Part shown: one piece after another, positions 13,921 through 27,525 of the stretch
How positions within the stretch are numbered: the stretch's first letter is position 1
Layout of the letters: every line of letters starts with the position of its first letter
Assembly: GCF_001194135.2 (NCBI RefSeq)
Contig: NC_068984.1
Span: 128,166,842-128,230,841, forward strand
From: Octopus bimaculoides
Taxonomy: Eukaryota
Length of the DNA: 64,000 nt
Direction: 5' to 3'
Made by a program: the position numbers and the translations under genes
Notes under the pieces: generated by a model
Database searches by the model: none
What the model saw: only the letters and a program-made list of their open reading frames with translations
What the model was told of the DNA's origin: nothing

Positions 13921-14166
13921 AGTGTGATTATTTTTAGGGTGATATTGAAGGATAGATGTGAGAGGCTGGATATGGCCAGTTTACATATTAAAGGGTTAAA
14001 ATGGACTTGAGTGAACCTTCGTTTAAATTTGTTCTTGTTTATGAATAATTCATACTCAAATTTATAAATGTTTGACAATTTAGGGTGAACTTTTATCATG
14101 AAACCCTTTAGAAAATAAACTAATCCAAGACTCATCAAAATAGAATAAATTTGTATCCATATAATA

Positions 14167-15002
14167 AAGCGAAATCGGGATAGTACCTGTGCCCAGCGTC
14201 GCATTTCTAGCACTTGTGCCCGTGACATGTGTAAGGATTTTCGAGCGAGATCGTTGCCAGTGCCCCTGGACTGGCTCTTGTGCGAGTGGCACATAAAATA
14301 CACCATTTTGAGCGTGGCCGTTGCCAGTACCGCCTGACTGGCCTTCGTAGGATTTTCGAGCGAGATTGTTGCCAGTGCCCCTGGACTGGCTTTTGTGTGG
14401 GTGGCACATAAAATACACCATTTTGAGCATGGCCGTTGCCAGTACCACCTGACTGGCCTTCGTAGGATTTTCGAGCGAGATCGTTGCCAGTGCCCCTGGA
14501 CTGGCTNNNNNNNNNNNNNNNNNNNNNNNNNNNNNNNNNNNNNNNNNNNNNNNNNNNNNNNNNNNNNNNNNNNNNNNNNNNNNNNNNNNNNNNNNNNNNN
14601 NNNNNNNNNNNNNNNNNNNNNNNNNNNNNNNNNNNNNNNNNNNNNNNNNNNNNNNNNNNNNNNNNNATTTCTAGCACTTGTGCCCGTGACATGTGTAAGG
14701 ATTTTCGAGCGAGATCGTTGCCAGTGCCCCTGGACTGGCTCTTGTGCGAGTGGCACATAAAATACACCATTTTGAGCGTGGCCGTTGCCAGTACCGCCTG
14801 ACTGGCCTTCGTACGGGTGACACGTAAAAGCACCCACTACACTCTCTGAGTGGTTGGCGTTAGGAAGGGCATCCAGCTGTAGAAACTCTGCCAAATCAGA
14901 TTGGAGCCTGGTGTTGCCATCCAGTTTCACCAGTCCTCAGTCAAATTGTCCAACCCATGCTAGCATGGAAAGCGGACGTTAAACGATGATGATGATGATG
15001 AT
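14167..15002 (+). mobile_element. RTE 3' UTR fragment with internal 115-bp tandem units and a (GAT)n tail
   Basis: Same 3' UTR as 15715-15816 and 57831-58275. Unit starts at 14234, 14349 and 14464. Confidence 0.85.
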
Positions 15003-15527
15003 AATACTCCATTCTCAGATGTGTAATTCAATAAAGTCAATCATGGCAGATTTTCTTCTTTTTTTTTATTTAAATCATTTTTTGAGAATGAGATGTTACA
15101 CGAACATATGACCATTGACAAAATAGATTGCTGGATCTAATGGCAAGAATTCTATAGCAGAATGAGTTCTCTTTATCTCAATTTTGCTTTTGTTTTTTTT
15201 TTTCGATTTGGTCTGAAGAAAGGAGCTATGATTATGTATAACTTGGCAGACTTTTGAGAACTGAGGAGTTGAATTGGTTAAAAAGATAACCGTACAGTTC
15301 AAGGAAGGTATTAAGGAGCCAAGCCATTTGACATTTTGTTAAAGATGGTGTCACTAGGTAATTTCTGTCTGTCATTATATTGTCACACCACATCTTGTGC
15401 ATTTCATATACATCTCTCCTGTGATTATTGCTAGAGTTGATGAGTACTGGAAAAGACCTAATAAAACCAATACCTGTTTGAAAGGGTTGTCTTCACTTTA
15501 ACTTGACAAGATTTTATTAACATTAAT

Positions 15528-15816
15528 GAGGATAGCTGCGTGAAAAAGTGCCACACCCTAACAGTTGAGGGAACCCGTGGAAGAGGTAGGCCCAGGAACC
15601 TGGGCTGAGGTAGTGAGGCAAGACCTTCGTACATTGGGCCTCACCGAGGCGATGACTACTGACCGAGACCTTTGGAAATGTGTTGTGCGTGAGAAGACCC
15701 GGCAAGCCAAGTAAGATCGTTGCCAGTGCCCCTGGACTGGCTCTTGTGCAGGTGGCACATGAGATGCACCATTTTGAGCGTGGCCGTTGCCAGTACCGCC
15801 TGACTGGCTCCCGTAG
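15528..15816 (+). mobile_element. 3' end of an RTE-clade LINE (ORF C-terminus plus start of 3' UTR), cut by an N-gap
   Basis: With frameshift correction it reads VEGTRGRGRPR..WAEVVRQDLRTLGLTEAMTTDRDLWKCVV..*, the typical RTE RT C-terminus (RGRP..W.D.V..DL...GL...DR..WR). Confidence 0.8.
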
Positions 15817-16371
15817 NNNNNNNNNNNNNNNNNNNNNNNNNNNNNNNNNNNNNNNNNNNNNNNNNNNNNNNNNNNNNNNNNNNNNNNNNNNNNNNNNNNN
15901 NNNNNNNNNNNNNNNNNNNNNNNNNNNNNNNNNNNNNNNNNNNNNNNNNNNNNNNNNNNNNNNNNNNNNNNNNNNNNNNNNNNNNNNNNNNNNNNNNNNN
16001 NNNNNNNNNNNNNNNNNNNNNNNNNNNNNNNNNNNNNNNNNNNNNNNNNNNNNNNNNNNNNNNNNNNNNNNNNNNNNNNNNNNNNNNNNNNNNNNNNNNN
16101 NNNNNNNNNNNNNNNNNNNNNNNNNNNNNNNNNNNNNNNNNNNNNNNNNNNNNNNNNNNNNNNNNNNNNNNNNNNNNNNNNNNNNNNNNNNNNNNNNNNN
16201 NNNNNNNNNNNNNNNNNNNNNNNNNNNNNNNNNNNNNNNNNNNNNNNNNNNNNNNNNNNNNNNNNNNNNNNNNNNNNNNNNNNNNNNNNNNNNNNNNNNN
16301 NNNNNNNNNNNNNNNNNNNNNNNNNNNNNNNNNNNNNNNNNNNNNNNNNNNNNNNNNNNNNNNNNNNNNNN

Positions 16372-16684
16372 GTGTTGTGAGTGTTTATTGAGCGAAAACA
16401 CCTAAAGCTCCACGAGGCTCCGGCAGGGGATGGTGGCAAACCCTGCTGTACTCTTTCACCACAACTCTCTCTTACTTCCTGTTTCTGTTGTGCCTGTAAT
16501 TCAAAGGGCCAGCCTTGTCACACTGTGCCATGCTTAATATCCCCGAGAACTACGTTAAGGGTACACGTGACTGTGGAGTGCTCAGCCACTTGCACATTAA
16601 TTTCACGAGCAGGCTGTTCTGTTGATCGGATCAACTGGAACCCTCGACGTCGTAAGCGATGGAGTGCCAACAGCAACAACAACA
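16372..16684 (+). mobile_element. SINE family A copy (5' end in gap)
   Basis: Body and (CAA)n tail as in 8161-8543. Confidence 0.85.
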
Positions 16685-19600
16685 TTATTTTTACACTCAC
16701 TCAACTATTACTTTGTGTGGATAGTGTCCCTAACTAATTTGTCTCAATCATTTTTGGAAAATAACTTCACTGATGTTGTAATTAAAAAGATTGATCGTAT
16801 CATCTGGTGCACTGTGGACATGTAAAGAACCTTGTATTTGAATTACTCTAAAGTTCTAAATTCATCTTCAACCTCTCCTATTTGAGTAAACTGTATTCCA
16901 ATATTTTGTAAGGTTTTCAATTTCTTCAGTCAGGTTGGGGGTGTCTGAAACGACCACAATTGCACTCTCTCATCCTACCCTGACTAATTAATGATTTTAA
17001 AAAGTTCATACTTCGATAATAATTTTTTTTTTTTTTTGTTTTTTTCAGAGCCCAAGTTTCCGACATGCACCCAAGCTGAAATTTTCTACAGATCATTCTG
17101 AACTGTAAGAATATTTCCCTCTGGAAGCTTATTGTCTTACAAATCCAGAATTATCAACTTCCTTCCTCTGTTGTGTCAGCTCAAGTATTCTCCAGTATGT
17201 CTTCTGCTTTTGGCATCATTCTCCAGCACAATATTGTTGACAAAAGTTCATTCTCTGAAAAGGAAATAGAGAGAAAAAGAGGACATATAAACATGTTATA
17301 ACCATTTTTGTTAACAAAAGTTAATGTTTTGTTGTTTTTTGTTATTATATTCATTTGTTAATTTTTTGTTCTGAATTTGTTTATAGAGATATCATCACCA
17401 GCACTCTTTTCTTTTTCTCTCTCTCTCTCTCTCAAAATATTTGGATAAATTTCTTCAAAACAATAAGCAAGATGTCTATATCTAGATAATTGTTTTTCTA
17501 ACACCTATTTTATCAAGTTAATTTCTGTTGGATAATTCAGCATAATTCAGAATTTTGAAGGTAATGAAGCATTTCAAGGTATTTTGTTTTCCTTGTTTCA
17601 TACTTGAGCTTTAATTGACAAATACAAAGATTATTATAAACCCTGTATGAATGGATCTTTGAGGGAAATCAATGTATTGCTATTCTAACTATTCTTAACA
17701 AAACTGAAGTTTCAAAAATATAATTATTCAATGTATTTTTCTCAAAAAATTTGTTTTTTAATATATTTAGATCTATCTCTGGTGTTTAAAACCCATAATG
17801 AGCTGCTGAGGTTTTCATGTAGCTGCTTGTTTCTATCTTATTTGTTATTTGACTAAGCTTCTTTTGAAAAGTCCAAAGTTGCATCCTCAAGGTTAATCAA
17901 AGAAAAGACTCAAGTTTTGTATTCAAAGACAACCAACTTGTTATATTTTACCAATATCCAACAAGAACTCTTCTCCAAGTCTTCTTGAAACTTTGTCTCC
18001 CTGTAGTATTTAGAATGTTTCTTGATAACATCTTTTAGTCCATATGTTTGCATCCCTTGCTTTTATCATGCATATCTCTAGACACTTACCATCTATACTT
18101 TTTAAACTTGCCAACAATTTCAGTTAGGATATACTTCTTTTTGATTCCCTCAATCTTATCTATTTAGTAAGTCTGAACATGAAATACATATATATATATA
18201 TATATTTTTTAACTCTATAACACTTTTATACCAATAATGGTGGAATTGTTTCCAAATGACAAACCTTCCAGTTTTCTCTCTTGCAATGTTTCAGTGCTGA
18301 AGATAACCTTTTAAAATCTAGTCTTTTGTTTTTTGTGTTATTTATCCCAAGTGTATCACAAACACTTAATTTTTCTTGTTTTAAATCATCATTAAAATGC
18401 ATATTTTGTTAATTAATTACTATTTTTAAGAAAATGACAGAATATTTACCAAAAATTCTAGTATGTATATTTCTCCATTTTCAATTAGAAAATGGTATTT
18501 GTTAATACAAATATTCTAGGCACTTCTGCACATGTGTCAGTGCTGTGTTGCTGTTTCAAGTGCAGTTTCCGTAACTCTTAAATTTGGGTTCTCTCTTTTG
18601 CCCACACAAAAACACATGTGAACATGTAAACACATGTATACACTTACACACTTCTACATGGTCAAGCTTATAACTCCAGTCCACCCATGACCATATTTCT
18701 AAGTGCCTAATCCAATGTTTTGCTCAATATTTGTTGCTGGTTTTTAAAATTGGAGGCAACCCCAATGTTGCTAAAAATTCTCCTTATTTCCTCTTCTAGC
18801 TTTATAATATCTGATCCTTGCTTTAAATCAATTGACCATTTTTACCTTCTCTCCTCCCTTATTACATCATGTGGCTACAGTGACCTTGCTACTTCCCACT
18901 CTCAATACTCAGTAATATTGCTGATGATCATACAATTGTTGTAATAGTTTGGGCTTGGTAACAGACCTTTACAGTTCATATAATGTTGTGACCATGATAC
19001 TGGCCTCTAATTCCTATGAAATAAGAATCATACTTTGATAAATGTGACCATTCAATCAATGTTTCTTCTTTGTCTAAATATATTTCCATTATGACTCCAC
19101 CATTGCATGACTTTTTTGAGTGATCTTTGACTTCAGTCTTTTAAAGAATATGAATTCTGATATCCTTTGACCCACTTCATTAACAATATTTACTCTAATT
19201 AAGACAGCTGACAGAATTATCTGTATGTCAGACAAATTTCTACCAGCTTAACATTGAAATTCCACCATGGTTGACTTTGCCTTTCATCCTTTTGGGTCAA
19301 TGAAATAAGAGCCAGTTGAGCTCTGGAGTTGATATGATCAACTAGTCTCCTCTCCTCAAAATATCAGGCCTTGTGCCTAAAAATATTTACTCTCATTTCT
19401 CTAACCTTCAGACATTTGTATCATCTAAGAACTACTAACAGATGGGGGTTAAATCAAAATAATTATTTACTTCATTAGTGTTACAAAAATATGAATTAAT
19501 ATATAAAGTATTGTGCCCCATTTTATTCTTGAAGTGCAACATGAATAGCAGAAAATATAATGTAAATGGAAATTGGTTTAGGAGTAGCAACCTAAATATA

Positions 19601-21544
19601 TGTGTACATAAGTGGAGTGAGGAGCTTTATTATTATTATTAGAGTAGGCATAATGGCTGAAAATGTATATCATGGAGGTTAGCTGGATGGAATGGTACAC
19701 AATGTAAGATATGTGAATGAATATTTTACATTGCTATGTTAAACTTGGCTGATCATGAATAACAATCATAATGGTGGTAACAGACAATTAGCTAATGACA
19801 TCAACAACTACCAATATTAAACGATTTATATATTTTAATGCGGTTGTGTAATATTGGTCACGTTTAAAAATGTTACTAAAATTATAAAATTATCATTACA
19901 GCAGCTTGTTCTTCTCTTGACAAAATTGAGATTATATTTAGTTGAATTTGAAACGAATATTTCATGTGTGTGTGTATGTGATTAAATAGATAGATGCATA
20001 CACATTAAACGTAAAATAGTTATCCAAATTCCTATGGATATCTTTTCTTCTTCTTCTTCTTCTTCTTCTTCTGGTAGTCTTATATAAGAACATAATTCGC
20101 TAGAACTTCGGAAATCTTCCTTTGAATGACAGAGAAATCTCCCTTTAATCACATCCTATCAAGTGATTTGAGGAAGACTTCTCTACAGTTTCTTGCAAGT
20201 CAAGTGACAACATAAAGGCTTTCACATTGGCTCAGTGCTATTTAGTTTTTCGATATAGAAGTCAATATATTCTACATAATTTATTATCAAGATATACATC
20301 TTGGTATCTAATATGTCTTAAATGCAATTAGATTTGGAATTTTTAGTCTTGTCTTTTTTTTTTTTTAGTGAAATATCTAGTTTTTTTTAAATTAGATCTG
20401 AAGAAGACCTGTTGGTGCAAATATTTTTTCAAGTTTTAGTTGCATTCATGTGTTGTTTTCTTTTTAAATTTGTTTTCAATTAATTCTTAATTGATTAATC
20501 TGTGTATGTGCACATTTGGTAGGACATGATAACATTATGCAACTATCATTGGTGAATTTAAAAGCAAAGTTCAAGTCATTTCGGATAAGCATAAAATGTA
20601 GTACACACACAACTGTGTGGCAGAGAAGTTTACTTTACAAATATAAAAAAAAACACATCTCAAAGCTTAACTCTTTAGCATTTAATCCAGCCATATCTGG
20701 CCCAAATATTCTACTTGTTTTATGTTGAAACTGACTAGCGCCAACCTCTAACACCTATCCAACATTTGTCGTTCTAAACATAAGGTCTGAAAGCTACAAG
20801 ATAATGCATGATTAATTCAAAATGATATAAATAAGTAGTGCTGAAAGATTAAAGGCTTTCAAGAACATGAGGCCCCAGGACCCAGGCCAAACTATTGAAA
20901 AACTCTGTGAATACTTTAGACAAAATGGAATGGTTGCTAAAATTTGGCATACCTTAGGATTAAATAGTTGGTCTTCTATAAAAGAGATCTTCGGTCTCAG
21001 AATTACAGATTGTTTGAAGCATAAAGTAAAAAGTCCTAATCCTTCATGAACTTTGGAAACATAATCTACCCGCAAAGCATTTTTTTTTTAAATATAAAGA
21101 AAGACGATATGTATCAGTTATATATTAAATGCTAATAAAACCAATTGAAAGAGAAGTAGCATGGCTTATATACACAGCAATTACTAGTTTGCTTTATAAA
21201 TCATTAGCAATTGTTTGCAAATGTTTTACATATACATATATAAAAATATTAATGTGCATATATTCTCAGGTCAAATAATCCAGTATTACACACTTGAATA
21301 TATGAATGTTTCACTCTATATGTAAAACATTACTTTCATGTAAATTTAACTAGAGAACAAAGTTGTGTTGGGTTCAAATTAAATCATTGTCTCCTGTTTG
21401 ATTCATCAATGAATGAAAAGTAATTTTAGTTGATTAGTATCTGTTCTTTTCAAATGTTAGTATTGTATACTAGTCGCTTGATGACACCAATCGTTAGCTA
21501 CAGTTAATTTGCTAATTTTTTCTCATTTTCTTCCTTATTAATAT

Positions 21545-21820
21545 TCTGTTATGTATATAATATATATGTGTATATTTATATATACATGTGTATATATATA
21601 TATATATATGTGTGTGTGTATATGTATATACATGTATGTATGTGTGTATATGTATATACATGTATGTATGTACATGTATATATGCATATATATATGTACG
21701 TATATGTATATACATATATGTATGTGTATGTATGTATATATGCATATATATATGTGTGTGTATATGTATATACATGTTTGTATGTGTGTATATGTATATA
21801 CATGTTTGTATGTATGTATA
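21545..21820. repeat. Compound (TA)/(TG) microsatellite
   Basis: Directly visible; the source of several spurious ORFs. Confidence 0.95.
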
Positions 21821-21866
21821 GCCACTATACTTTTTCTATTTTCTCTCCCTGTTTATTTCTGTGTTC

Positions 21867-21902
21867 CTTTCTGTCAAAGAGTGTAGGCTTGAAGCATAAA
21901 AG
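21867..21902 (+). ncRNA. Degenerate solo minimal hammerhead motif
   Basis: cttt-CTGTCAA-AGAGTgtagGCTT-GAAGC-ATA-aaag. Stem I is intact but the core is mutated. Confidence 0.35.
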
Positions 21903-21988
21903 ACTTTCTCACTTCCCGAGTGTTAAACTAATACATCCGTTTGTTGTTTACACACCCGTCTTCATCTTTAGTTTTATTGTAAATTCTC

Positions 21989-22030
<42 letters not shown>

Positions 22031-22187
22031 CACACACACAAATGTGTATGTATGCGTGTATGAATATATTTGTATATGTATATATACGTGTGTGTGTAAT
22101 TATTTTTGCTTAGAGCCAAAACAATGCAAGTTATAAAAATTGGACATTAAATGATGATGAGGTCGATGGCTTGTAGTTTCACCTGAT

Positions 22188-22227
22188 ATTTCAATGTTTC
22201 AGAGTTAGGATCACTTCTTCGGGAAAT
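22188..22227 (-). ncRNA. Degenerate solo minimal hammerhead motif
   Basis: atttc-CCGAAGA-AGTGATcctAACTCT-GAAAC-ATT-gaaat, with a 5-bp stem I. Confidence 0.4.
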
Positions 22228-23587
22228 CTTCAGAGACATGATGCTGTGAAGAAATGGTCCTAACTCCAAAATATTCAAATAGCAGGTGAAAGTACAAACC
22301 ACTAACCTGTCTTTTTAATTTTTTATAACTTACATTGTTTTGACTTGAAACAAAATTATTTAAAAATACACACACACACACATACACTAAACATATTTAT
22401 TCATTTAATGTCTATTTTATCCGTGTTAGCATGGGTTGGATGGAGACAATTTGAGGCAGCATTTTATATGGTCAGATGCCTTTCCTGATACTAACCCTTA
22501 CCTATTAGGTAAGGATTTTTATTCAGCTGGCCTTCAAAAGCACAAAGCTACAGTCATACCAACATTTTCCACACACACACACATATGATGGGCTTCCAAA
22601 CAGTTTCTCTTTCCTAGTTCCACAAGGGTTAGCCTGGGATTATATTAGCAGACACTTGCTAGCTAGCTGTTCAACCACTTAAGTAACTCTTAAGTCTTCT
22701 TTTTAAGTTGTAGACTATTGCAAATATAATTTGCATGATTTTTAAATTTTATTTTAAAGCATCTTATACATTCATTGTTATAGATTTTAAAATGTATGAG
22801 AAAGTATGTCATACATTTATCCTCATAGATTTAAAAAGCCAATTGGCTTTTGTATGGCTCGCCTCATTCCACACTTTTGTGAAATTTTTTGTGTGACCAT
22901 TGATAATAATAACACCTTGTGTGTTTGTCTCACCACATACCTTCTCTCATAACCTAGAATACTGGCTTGCAAAAATCAAACACAGCTAAGTTAAAGTGAA
23001 GTGAATTTTCCTTTATTATTTCCCTCTTTGTGGAAGTTCATCTCATTTTTGCATGCAGTAACATTTGATCCTCAAATGAAATAGCTCAAAATTATTGCTT
23101 ATCTCTGATGACCCCATACACTTGCTGGCTCCCGGTATGCAGAGTTCTCGACTGGTAGCACTTGCATGTGCGAGTTGTTTGCAAGACATGTTCTATTCTT
23201 CTTCTTACCATCATGTAGCTATGTGTTTGCTACAGCCAAATTGGTGATAGCTTTATCTGTGTGTAATCATATTTTTGTTTTATAATGGGTTAGACATTTG
23301 TACCACTATTGATAATATTTTACATTCTTCTTTAGCATATCTGTTTTTCCTTGGTTTTGAATATTTTAGCTTTGAAAGATTGATAAAGCTATATTAGATC
23401 TATTACCACCACCCCTACTCTAATCATGATTAACAAACAAAAAAAAACAATAATTTGAAATATTTCAACATAAATTTTTGTTTCATTTTCTTATTTCTCC
23501 ATTTATATATGGTAGTTGCCATAGTGCAATCTTTGTATTGGCTATTATGATACCTGAACACCAAGTCAGAATTGGATGATAGGTATC

Positions 23588-24110
23588 AAAATCTGTCCTC
23601 TAACTAGTCACATCTTAACATAGACAACAGAGGAAACTAAAATTGCACTGAGAGCTAAGCTAACATTGCTTTGACATTTCTACATGTGAGGATGTTTCTA
23701 GTGGACTTACTTATCTTGATACAGGTTTTCTCATCTCCTTAACCAACTAAATTTGATTTTATTTAATTTTAGAGGTGTAATAGTCAATTCTTGGTATGAA
23801 AGCTTCATATAATCTTCCTACTTTTTCTAGAACAACTGGTCAGAGTTATGTAGTAGGTTTCTAAATTCATCCTCTAAATAGCCACATTTTAACATAAATA
23901 ACAGAGGACACATTATTACAATTGCATTGAGAGATAAGCGAACATTACTTTGACACTTTTACATCTAAGGATGTTATTTCTAGTGGACTTATTTATTTTG
24001 ACACAGGTTTTCTCATCTGCTTAACCAAATAAATTTGATTTTATTTAATTTTAGAGATGTGTTAGTTACTTCTTGGAATGAAAACCTAATAACATTTTCC
24101 TGGTTTTTCT
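23588..24110. repeat. Diverged tandem duplication, period about 274 bp
   Basis: cctctaa at 23597 and 23871; long shared blocks such as aaatttgattttatttaattttagag. Confidence 0.9.
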
Positions 24111-24577
24111 TTATTGTATAGATATCTCTAATGAGCATCAGTTTATACTACTGAATCATTTATTATTTGCTGCTTTGTAATTGTTGCTGGCATCTAACAA
24201 CCGATTAAAACTTTGTTTAAGGCAGCAATAGTTATACAATAAATGTTAAGCTGATTAGTAACAATAGTTGCTTTACATTCCAAAACTCAAGCACATACTA
24301 TCAGATTGCAAAGTCATTAAAGTATTAGACGACAAGCCTTGTGCTATTGGTCCTGACTCTACCCATTTCATGTTTAAACTCTTTAGAGTCAACTTCATTT
24401 TACATCTCTCCAAGATTAATAAAATAAAGTACCAGGCAAGTACTGGGATCAATGTAATTGACTACTTCCCTTTCCATAAATGTTGGGCCTGTGTTAGAAA
24501 TTATTAGCAAAGTGGATTGGCAGAACATTTAAAGAAAACTATGATATAAACTATAAGGCTCGAAGAGATTATAATAA

Positions 24578-24687
24578 ACTCTCTCTCTCTCTCNNNNNNN
24601 NNNNNNNNNNNNNNNNNNNNNNNNNNNNNNNNNNNNNNNNNNNNNNNNNNNNNNNNNNNNNNNNNNNNNNNNNNNNNNNNNNNNNNN

Positions 24688-24747
<60 letters not shown>
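24578..24747. repeat. (CT)n, gap, (CA)n microsatellite
   Basis: Directly visible. Confidence 0.95.
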
Positions 24748-24750
<3 letters not shown>

Positions 24751-25104
24751 CGCAGTCTGTTTCTGCAGGTGTTTAGAACAAGTTGTTTCATCAACTAGTA
24801 TCAAAGGACCATGAGAAATTTTCTTTGTTCTCTACACAATTGTCAGGTCTGTGTTGTACTCAGAACCAGTCAGTGCAGTTGTGTGGCATCAAAACAATTT
24901 TGTAGGGAAAAAAAATAAAAGAAGACGCCCTTGCCAGCTGTTTTCATGAGCTACATGTTGCTTTATTACAGTTGTAAATACTCACCAATCAGGTTTGCAT
25001 CTAGTAGAATAAATCTTTCAGTCTTTGTATGAAAGACTCTTCTAACTTATAGAGTTGTATGGAACTCCATAAATATGTCTAATTTCTGTAGAAATGTTTA
25101 TTAA

Positions 25105-25413
25105 GGCGCATAGCTCAGTGGTTAGAGCGTCAAGCTTACGATCGTGGGGTTGTGAGTTCGAATCCTGGACTGGGCTGCATACTGTGTTCTTGAGCAAGAC
25201 ACTTTATTTCACGTTGCTCCAGTTCACTCAGCTGTAGAAATGAGTTGCGACGTCACAAGTGCCAAGCTGTATCGGCCTTTGCCTTTCCCTTGGCTAACAC
25301 TGGTGGCGTGGAGAGGGGAGGCCAGTATGCATGGGTGACTGCTGGTCTTCCATAAACAACCTTACCCGGACTTCTAGGTGCAAACCCATGGTCAGTCATG
25401 ACCGAAGGGGGTC
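25105..25413 (+). mobile_element. tRNA-derived SINE, family D
   Basis: GGCGCATAGCTCAGTGGTTAGAGC..GAGTTCGAATCC head, followed by tgtgttcttgagcaagacacttta (CORE/V-like central motif). Confidence 0.8.
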
Positions 25414-27142
25414 CTTAGGTTATTACGGTAAACCACTTGGGATCTACATAAACCTCGCATGAACATTAGGCTTACAGAAAACTGTACTTCCTTTTAGAAT
25501 ATTTTCTATTTGGTTTCAATTCTTGGTTAATATGGCTTTATCTTTTTATTTTTTGAGGACGGTATGAATGCTATAACTTTTGTTACTCCCCGCGTTAAAC
25601 CAGAAGTTTTTAAAGTGAGTGGTACCACTCCCAAATGGGTGCTGGGTATGTCAAAGGGGAGTGAGGTAACATAATTAACACACTAAATTCTACTTGTAGT
25701 ATTTATTATGTTATGCATGTTAAAACTAGTTATGGTTATTAAAATAAAATGACATCTCATTAGGCACAGAAGTCATTAACTCGAAATGTATAAAGTATGT
25801 CTGAATTATTTTTTATCATTTCACTGTTAAAAGCTTATACAATCCATTTTTAAAGTAAAATTTATAACTTATCATTCATGTTAAGTAAGTTTAGTCATGA
25901 TATCTCACTGACTACAAAAGAAAAATGGTTAAGAACAACTGAGTGAAACCATTGTTAAATTGTGTGACGATAGATCTTTATTGTCTGATGAGGAGCTTTC
26001 AGTTGTTCCAGTGACTGAATTACCTGCTCCTGAATTAATATCTAAGCAACTGAGCATTTTACAGACATATGAACCCTGATCATAATTCTCAGCTAAAATC
26101 AGCACAACACAGGGGATGAGGGGATGACAAGATTGTAACTTTTGAATTACAGGTATAATCCACCAGCTGGGCTTCTGTACAGTTTCTTTCTACACTAATT
26201 TCATGCACACAATATGATTCAGCCCAATGCTATAGAAAATGACATGTGTCCAAGATTCCACACAGCAAGACTGAACCCAAGACCTTGTGGATTCTTTAGC
26301 CATTCAGCCGTACCACACCTATGTTAAACTGTGTAGTGGGACTGTGAGGCAAAATAAGAAAGTACCAGACTAAGAGACCTTGCAGGTTTTTTTTTTCTTT
26401 TAATGTTCGAATTACTCAAACATTGATTTTGTTTATCATCTTTTTATGGTTGATAAAGATCCTTAACTTGAACCATTTAGCATTCAAACCAACACCAGTT
26501 GTCAAGCAGTTGAAGCACAAAGTCACACACACACACACACATATATATAATTATGTGTGTGTGTGTATGATAAATTCCAAATTCACTCGCAATGCATTGG
26601 TTTGCCCTAGACTATATTTGAAGAGACTTGTTCGAGGTGTCATGCAGTGTGACTCAACCCAATACCACATGGTTGCAAAATAATCTTCTTAACCACACAG
26701 CCATCAATATGAAAATGTTTGATCACCATATATTTAAGAATATTACATTCTGTTACTCCTGTTCCTCTACTAGATGGCAGCAGTGTACTGACAACAAAAT
26801 GTCACAAATTATAGCCACCATTTTACCATCTTATTTGAAATCTTTCAGGTTAGTTAATATTTTGTTTTCTCAGTCTTCTTTTCTACTCTTAATTAGTCAA
26901 ATTTGGGTTATCGTTCCTCTTGAAATAATATCATTGTCATCTCCATATTCCTGAAGGTCATTGCCACTCTTTGTTAAATACTTTGATTAAATTACCTAAA
27001 TCATTGAATGCTTACAGAATAGAATTGGTTTAGTATTATCAATGTCTAAATCTCTGAGATGAAATATCTTGATAATTAACTTCATTTGTGTTTTCTTTTA
27101 TGCAATATTTCATTGATTTTTCCCTGTTGTCATTATCAGGGC

Positions 27143-27525
27143 TGTGGAGGCGCAATGGCCCAGTAGTTAGGGCAGTGGTCTCGCGGTCATAGGATCGCGG
27201 TTTCGATTCCCAGACCGGGCGTTGTGAGTGTTTATTGAGCGAAAACACCTAAAGCTCCACGAGGCTCCGGCAGGGGATGGTGGCAAACCCTGCTGTACTC
27301 TTTCACCACGACTTTCTCTCACTCTTACTTCCTGTTTCTCCTGTGCCTGTAATTCAAAGGGTCAGCCTTGTCATACTGTGTCACGCTGAATATCCCCAAG
27401 AACTACGCTAAGGGTACACGTGTCTGTGGAGTGCTCAGTCACTTGCATGTTAATTTCATGAGCAGGCTGTTCTGTTGATCGGATCAACTTGAGCCCTCGA
27501 CGTCGTAAGCGACGGAGTGCCAACA
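27143..27525 (+). mobile_element. SINE family A copy
   Basis: Full length, TSD cattatcagggct. Confidence 0.9.

Noticed and set aside
14668-14811. Extra post-gap copy of the RTE unit
   Set aside because: It duplicates 14203-14348 including the non-repeated lead-in and starts exactly at a gap edge; likely an overlapping contig end.
15575-15595. RGRGRPR as the missing HMGA AT-hook
   Set aside because: Wrong strand and position; it is the standard RGRP motif of the RTE ORF C-terminus.
13884-16439. Long ORFs (348, 292, 293 and 241 aa) in the track
   Set aside because: They run through N-gaps and RTE 3' UTR tandem units; not genes.
17760-18175. Coding-like K/E-rich fragments on - with a gtaagt donor
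   Set aside because: Stops in all frames near the acceptor and the family cannot be identified; possibly a decayed transposon.
20828-21049. Protein-looking 60-73 aa ORF on +
   Set aside because: No splice sites or recognisable domain; abuts a piggyBac-like MITE.
21512-22119. Cluster of Y/I/H/T- and C/V/M-rich ORFs (similar ones at 24504-24804, 40033-40332 and 52899-53272)
   Set aside because: Translations of TA/TG/CA microsatellites.
25985-26015. CTGATGA-GGAGC/GTTCC hairpin as another hammerhead
   Set aside because: No GAAA box or cleavage triplet follows stem II.
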